This document shows positions 55,760 through 59,091 of a stretch of 59,091 bases of DNA, piece after piece. How positions within the stretch are numbered: the first letter of the stretch is position 1; every line of letters begins with the position of its first letter. This stretch comes from Gaiellaceae bacterium (GTDB lineage: Bacteria > Actinomycetota > Thermoleophilia > Gaiellales > Gaiellaceae): contig JAWOIV010000030.1 of NCBI GenBank assembly GCA_046484465.1, positions 1 through 59,091 of the forward strand. Direction: 5' to 3'. A program made the translations under genes and the position numbers. The notes below the pieces were generated by a model that was not told the DNA's origin, ran no database searches, and was given only the letters and a program-made list of their open reading frames with translations.

Positions 55760-56788
55760 ATGGCACTGAGCTTCGGCGTCACCGTTCTGCCCGATCCCCC
55801 GGCCAGCCGCCTCGTCGAGCTGTTCCAGCTGGCGGAGTCCCACGGCTTCGAGTACGGCTGGACATACGACTCGCACGTCCTCTGGCAGGAGTCGTTCCCC
55901 CTCCTCACGCTCGCCGCGCAGGCCACGACGACGATGAAGCTCGGCCACTGCGTGACCAACCCCGGGACGCGCGAGCCGACTGTCCTCGCGAGCGGGTACG
56001 CCACGCTGCACGACATCTCGAACGGGCGGATGGTGATGGGGATCGGCCGCGGCGACTCGGCGCGCCGCTACATCGGCCAGAAGCCGGTGCGCGTGGCCGA
56101 GTTCGAGCGGCGCTGCGCCATGATCAAGGACTTCATGAACGGCAGGTCGGTGGAGTGGAACGAGAAGGAGCTCGAGCTCAAGTGGGTGCGGCCGGAGCTT
56201 CCCGAGATCCCCATGTGGGTCGCGGGCTACGGCCCGAAGGCGCTCGCCGTGGCCGGACGAGTGGGGGACGGCGTGATCATCCAGCTGGCCGATCCGGACA
56301 TCATCGGCTGGATCATGGACACGGCCCGGCGCGCGGCCGAGGAGGCCGGGCGCGACCCGGCGGCGCTCAAGTGCATCGTCAGCGCGCCTAGCCACATCAC
56401 CGACGACATCACCGACGCGCGCGAGCAGGTGCGCTGGTTCCCGGCGATGGTGTCGAACCACGTCATGGATCTCGTCGAGCGGTACGGAGCCGACGGCTCC
56501 GTCATCCCCCACGCGCTCACGGACTACGTTCAGGCCCGTAAGTTCTACGACTACGACGAGCACTCACGCGTCGGCGCGAAGCACGGCGAGTTCGTGACAG
56601 ACGAGATCTGCGACCGCTTCTGCGTCCTCGGCAATGCCGAGCAGGCAACGAGGAAGCTGAAGGAGCTCGAGTCGATCGGCGTCGACCAGTTCAACATCTA
56701 CCTCATGACCCACGGCCAGGAGGACGACCTGGCCGCCTACGGGCGCGACATCATCCCTGCTTTTTCCGCAGCAGCCGAATCCCGCTAG
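55760..56788 (+). CDS. luciferase-like (LLM class) oxidoreductase, probably F420-dependent (Mer-like)
   Basis: TIM-barrel LLM pattern (GHCVTNP.TREP...GRMVMGIGRGDSA...GYGPKAL..AG...DG). The F420 assignment is by family resemblance only. Confidence 0.7.
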   Translation: MALSFGVTVLPDPPASRLVELFQLAESHGFEYGWTYDSHVLWQESFPLLTLAAQATTTMKLGHCVTNPGTREPTVLASGYATLHDISNGRMVMGIGRGDSARRYIGQKPVRVAEFERRCAMIKDFMNGRSVEWNEKELELKWVRPELPEIPMWVAGYGPKALAVAGRVGDGVIIQLADPDIIGWIMDTARRAAEEAGRDPAALKCIVSAPSHITDDITDAREQVRWFPAMVSNHVMDLVERYGADGSVIPHALTDYVQARKFYDYDEHSRVGAKHGEFVTDEICDRFCVLGNAEQATRKLKELESIGVDQFNIYLMTHGQEDDLAAYGRDIIPAFSAAAESR

Positions 56789-56803
56789 CGCGGGACTCGG
56801 CTG
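56772..56803 (+). terminator. hairpin enclosing the LLM stop codon
   Basis: CAGCCGAATCCCGC-tagc-GCGGGACTCGGCTG, a 14-bp stem with one mismatch. Confidence 0.5.
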
Positions 56804-56815
56804 CGCGAAGACCCC

Positions 56816-56984
56816 TAAGAACTCGTTTCGAAATGAAGCCTTGAGCCGCCGGAACGCGCTGCGCGCGTACGCTGCGGCGTCCTCGGTCGCCCCAATACGT
56901 CTCGTATTGGGGCTCCCTGCGTCCTTGCATCGCACCCTCCCAGCGCGCCCCGTCGACGAAGCGTCATTCCGAAACGAGTTCTAA
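56816..56984. repeat. 169-bp element bounded by 21-nt imperfect inverted repeats, with a central perfect hairpin (MITE-like or structured RNA)
   Basis: TAAGAACTCGTTTCGAAATGA (56816-56836) pairs with TCATTCCGAAACGAGTTCTAA (56964-56984) at 19/21, including a perfect 13-bp core. The centre CCCCAATACG-tct-CGTATTGGGG lies at 56890-56912. Confidence 0.5.
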
Positions 56985-56986
56985 AG

Positions 56987-57005
56987 CCGGGCGCTTCGCG
57001 CCCGG
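56987..57005. terminator. GC-rich hairpin CCGGGCGC-ttc-GCGCCCGG
   Basis: Perfect 8-bp stem in the convergent spacer. Confidence 0.4.
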
Positions 57006-57022
57006 ATCGTTGCGATCAATCT

Positions 57023-57046
57023 CGCGCGCGGATTCTTCCGCGCGCG
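57023..57046 (-). terminator. arginase terminator-like hairpin
   Basis: CGCGCGCGGA-ttct-TCCGCGCGCG perfect 10-bp stem, 11 nt after the arginase stop. Confidence 0.55.
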
Positions 57047-57057
57047 GACCGTGTGGC

Positions 57058-57960
57058 TCACAGGATCCGCTTCCCGAGCGCGCTCGCCACGAGCTCGACC
57101 GCCGTGAGAGCCGTCGTGTTCTCGCGATCGAGGATCGGGTTCACCTCGACGACCTCGAGCGATCCGACGAGCCCCGACTCGGCCGCCAGCTCGAGCGCGA
57201 GGTGCGCCTCGCGGTACGTGAGCCCTCCCCGCACGGGTGTGCCAACCCCGGGCGCAACCTCCGGGTCGAGAGCGTCCATGTCCAGCGAGAGGTGGACGAA
57301 GCCCGCTCCTGCGACGCGATCGAGCGCGTCGCGCACCGCCCGCTCGATGCCGATCCGGTCGATCTCGCTCATCGTGAAGACGCGCACCCCCGCGTCCCGC
57401 AGGAGCGCCGGCTCGCTCACGTCCAGCTCGCGGACGCCGATGAGGGCCACGCGCTCCGGGTCCACGGCCGGGAGCGGCCAGGCGTCGCTCTCGAAGCCCT
57501 CCCCGGCCAGGCCGAGCGCCGCTGCGAGAGCCATCCCGTGGACGTTCCCCGTCGGGCTCGACCCGGGCGTGTTGGCGTCGGCATGGGCGTCGATCCAGAT
57601 CAACCCGCCCGGTCCGCTCGCCGCCGCGAGACCGCCGAGCGTCCCGAGTGCAACCGAATGGTCGCCTCCGAGCACGAGCGGGACGGCGCCGTCGCGAACT
57701 GCCTCGGTCACCAGCGCCGCGAGCCGGCCGCACGTATGCATGATCTGCGACAGGAAGCGCGCACTCGGATCCTCGAGCTCCACGGCCTCCGGCACCGCCG
57801 ACGCCACATTGCCGAGATCCCGCACCGCGTAGCCGAGGCTCGTCAGCCGCTCGTCGAGCCCTGCATAGCGGATGGCCGACGGCCCCATGTCCACGCCGCG
57901 GCGCTCCTGTCCGAGATCGAGCGCGGCACCGATGACCGCAATCTCCCGCCGAGAGCTCAC
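57058..57960 (-). CDS. rocF: arginase
   Basis: LDLGQERRGVDMGPSAIRYAGL, GGDHSVALG, DAHADAN and SLDMDALDP manganese-site motifs. GTG 57960 has TAGCGT 7 nt upstream. Confidence 0.85.
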   Translation of the reverse strand: MSSRREIAVIGAALDLGQERRGVDMGPSAIRYAGLDERLTSLGYAVRDLGNVASAVPEAVELEDPSARFLSQIMHTCGRLAALVTEAVRDGAVPLVLGGDHSVALGTLGGLAAASGPGGLIWIDAHADANTPGSSPTGNVHGMALAAALGLAGEGFESDAWPLPAVDPERVALIGVRELDVSEPALLRDAGVRVFTMSEIDRIGIERAVRDALDRVAGAGFVHLSLDMDALDPEVAPGVGTPVRGGLTYREAHLALELAAESGLVGSLEVVEVNPILDRENTTALTAVELVASALGKRIL

Positions 57961-57967
57961 AACACGA

Positions 57968-57973
57968 ACGCTA
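57968..57973 (-). promoter_or_regulatory. -10-like hexamer TAGCGT, 7 nt before arginase GTG (leaderless-type)
   Basis: TAnnnT hexamer on the minus strand. Confidence 0.4.
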
Positions 57974-58083
57974 ACGAGAAGTCCGGAGGGCTGGTCGCTG
58001 CCCGAGCTCGGTGCCAGACGGCGAGCGAGGCTCGCGGGGGCCCCGGGGGGTTCCCCCGCTGCCAGTACACTGAGCCGCCGCGG

Positions 58084-58156
58084 GGCGAGGTAGCTCAGTT
58101 GGTAGAGCACACGGCTGAAAACCGTGGTGTCGCCGGTTCAAGTCCGGCCCTCGCCA
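58084..58156 (+). tRNA. tRNA-Phe (anticodon GAA), CCA not encoded
   Basis: Cloverleaf folded by hand: acceptor GGCGAGG/CCTCGCC, D arm GCTC-AGTTGGTA-GAGC, anticodon arm CACGG-CTGAAAA-CCGTG, T arm GCCGG-TTCAAGT-CCGGC, discriminator A. Confidence 0.95.
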
Positions 58157-58178
58157 TGAATCGGTAGCGTCGGCCGCG

Positions 58179-58535
58179 ATGGATCTCGCGTTTACCACGG
58201 CTACCGAGCAGGCAGGACTGATTCGCAGCGGAGCGGTGTCGGCGGCGGAGCTCGTGGAGCTCTACCTCGCGCGCATCGAGCGGCTCGATCCGGAGCTGAA
58301 CGCCTACGTGACCGTACGAGCCGAGGAGGCGCTCGCGGAGGCCCGCGCCGCAGATGCGGCGCCGAGCGGCGCTCCCTTCCACGGCGTGCCGATCGCGATC
58401 AAGGACCTCACCCCCACCGCCGGAGCGCGCACGACCTTCTCCTCCCGCGCATACGCCGAGTTCGTGCCCGACTTCGACATGGCCGTGGCGGCCCCCAGGA
58501 GCCGAAACGGAGGGGATTGGCTGGATCACGAATGA
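58179..58535 (+). pseudogene. amidase-signature-family gene remnant (N-terminal ~105 codons only)
   Basis: The N-terminus is typical of amidases (TATEQAGLIRSGAVSAAELVELYLARIERLDPELNAYV...FHGVPIAIKDL...). Similarity stops near 58495. No GGSSGG/Ser-Ser-Lys core is found in any downstream frame. Confidence 0.7.
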
Positions 58536-58941
58536 GGCGCACGTCGTAACGTCCGAGCTCATCGTCGTTCGCATCCAACACGAGTTCCCCAACGGCGAGC
58601 TGCGCGACCCCGTCCGCATCGAAGAGCACCTGGTCACCCGTTCCACGAGACAAGTCGATTCCACCGCCGAACACATCGGCACACAGCAGTGCGGTGCTGG
58701 CCGACTCCGATGGGTCCGTACCATCGACCCAGCGCACGTATTGGAAGAGCTGCGTCCGGTACTTCTCGAGACCGGCCTGCGCGACGTACCGCGCCTGGAG
58801 AGCGGTCGCATCGTTGCGACTGATGCTGAGTTCGATCTGCGTCAGGAGAATCCCGCCAGCGACCATGAGACTTACAACGACAACGATTGCTAACGTGCTG
58901 ATAAGGGCGAATCCATCACGTAAATGTTGCGTTGTCTTCAT
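58408..58941 (-). CDS. type IV pilin-like / PilX_N-like minor pseudopilin; 3' end appears fused to antisense amidase-remnant sequence
   Basis: Class-III signal-like N-terminus MKTTQHLRDG|FALISTLAIVVVVSLMVAGGILL. AAGGAG SD upstream. Lower-GC codon usage (tta, att, aat, gat). The last ~30 codons are Arg-rich antisense of the amidase fragment. Confidence 0.6.
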   Translation of the reverse strand: MKTTQHLRDGFALISTLAIVVVVSLMVAGGILLTQIELSISRNDATALQARYVAQAGLEKYRTQLFQYVRWVDGTDPSESASTALLCADVFGGGIDLSRGTGDQVLFDADGVAQLAVGELVLDANDDELGRYDVRLIRDPANPLRFGSWGPPRPCRSRARTRRMRGRRRSCALRRWG

Positions 58942-58944
58942 CGC

Positions 58945-59091
58945 TCACCGCTCCTTCAGGTTGAGGAGGACGACCTCCTCGGTAGTACCGAAGCACACGA
59001 AGCCCTCGTCACAGAAGACCGGGTCGCCGCCAGCCAGATCGAAGCGGTTCTCGCCACCACCAGGTGCCCTGTTGTCCGAACGGCCATAGAT
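58945..59091 (-). CDS. hypothetical protein, C-terminal 48 codons only (gene continues beyond the window)
   Basis: Open minus-strand frame to the window edge (...GRSDNRAPGGGENRFDLAGGDPVFCDEGFVCFGTTEEVVLLNLKER*). The stop is 3 nt before the pilin-like ATG and contains that gene's SD. Confidence 0.4.
   Translation of the reverse strand: MYGRSDNRAPGGGENRFDLAGGDPVFCDEGFVCFGTTEEVVLLNLKER

Noticed and set aside
53879-56563. 894-aa minus-strand ORF (and the 683-aa ORF 52521..54572)
   Set aside because: They run antisense across three or more well-supported plus-strand genes (carbamoylase, MFS, LLM) and their spacers. Composition is Arg/Gly/Asp-rich and no motifs are present. I treat them as shadow ORFs.
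56564-56935. 123-aa minus-strand ORF covering the inverted-repeat element
   Set aside because: It runs antisense into the 3' end of the LLM gene and through several perfect hairpins. It has no start context and no family resemblance.
58354-58893. 179-aa plus-strand ORF downstream of the amidase remnant
   Set aside because: It is antisense to the pilin-like gene. It contains none of the amidase signature motifs (no GGSSGG / catalytic Ser-Ser-Lys context), so it is not a frameshifted continuation of the amidase.

Overview
The window is very GC-rich (about 70% by eye, not computed) and gene-dense. It looks like core chromosome from an Actinomycetota-type genome. Supporting signs are an AhpE-like peroxiredoxin, an AAC(2')-type acetyltransferase, an LLM/F420-type oxidoreductase, DUF3107, FprA, and many GTGA/ATGA start-stop overlaps and leaderless-type starts. 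A class or genus cannot be assigned without a search.

Gene content, in order:
- A 5'-partial multicopper oxidase, then fprA and an A-type Fe-S carrier.
- A complete 14-gene nuoA-N operon (4047-18288).
- A DUF1028 pair and a 2-hydroxyacid dehydrogenase.
- A DUF1015 / IMPase / Mrp / HAD operon.
- A YhaM-like HD nuclease and an EamA transporter.
- A methylmalonyl-CoA epimerase / DUF3107 / divergent YchF operon.
- A short FtsH paralog.
- NAD salvage genes (pncA-like and pncB).
- A DUF1385 / pabC / pabB / rpe string, then rpiA, zwf, an M20 peptidase and kynA.
- rarA, ahpE-like and an alpha/beta hydrolase.
- An AAC(2')-like GNAT.
- A hydantoin/pyrimidine-type catabolic neighbourhood: class-III aminotransferase, LAL/LuxR regulator, dihydropyrimidinase, NMT1-type ABC importer, AmaB-type carbamoylase, MFS transporter and LLM oxidoreductase.
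- Arginase and tRNA-Phe.
- At the 3' edge, a truncated amidase abutting lower-GC DNA that encodes pilin-like proteins.

I saw no rRNA, CRISPR array, transposase, integrase or recognisable defence genes.

I found no clear multi-gene novel system. The best leads are non-coding or architectural:
1. A duplicated leader module of about 84-135 nt, placed after the LuxR regulator gene and again after the next gene.
2. Two identical AT-rich palindromes upstream of mce.
3. A 169-bp element bounded by inverted repeats.
4. The rearrangement or island junction next to tRNA-Phe.
5. REP-like repeats and twin hairpins inside the nuo operon.
6. Very compact bidirectional promoters of the leaderless type.

All coordinates for refined starts and motifs were derived by hand from the sequence and checked for frame consistency against the ORF track.
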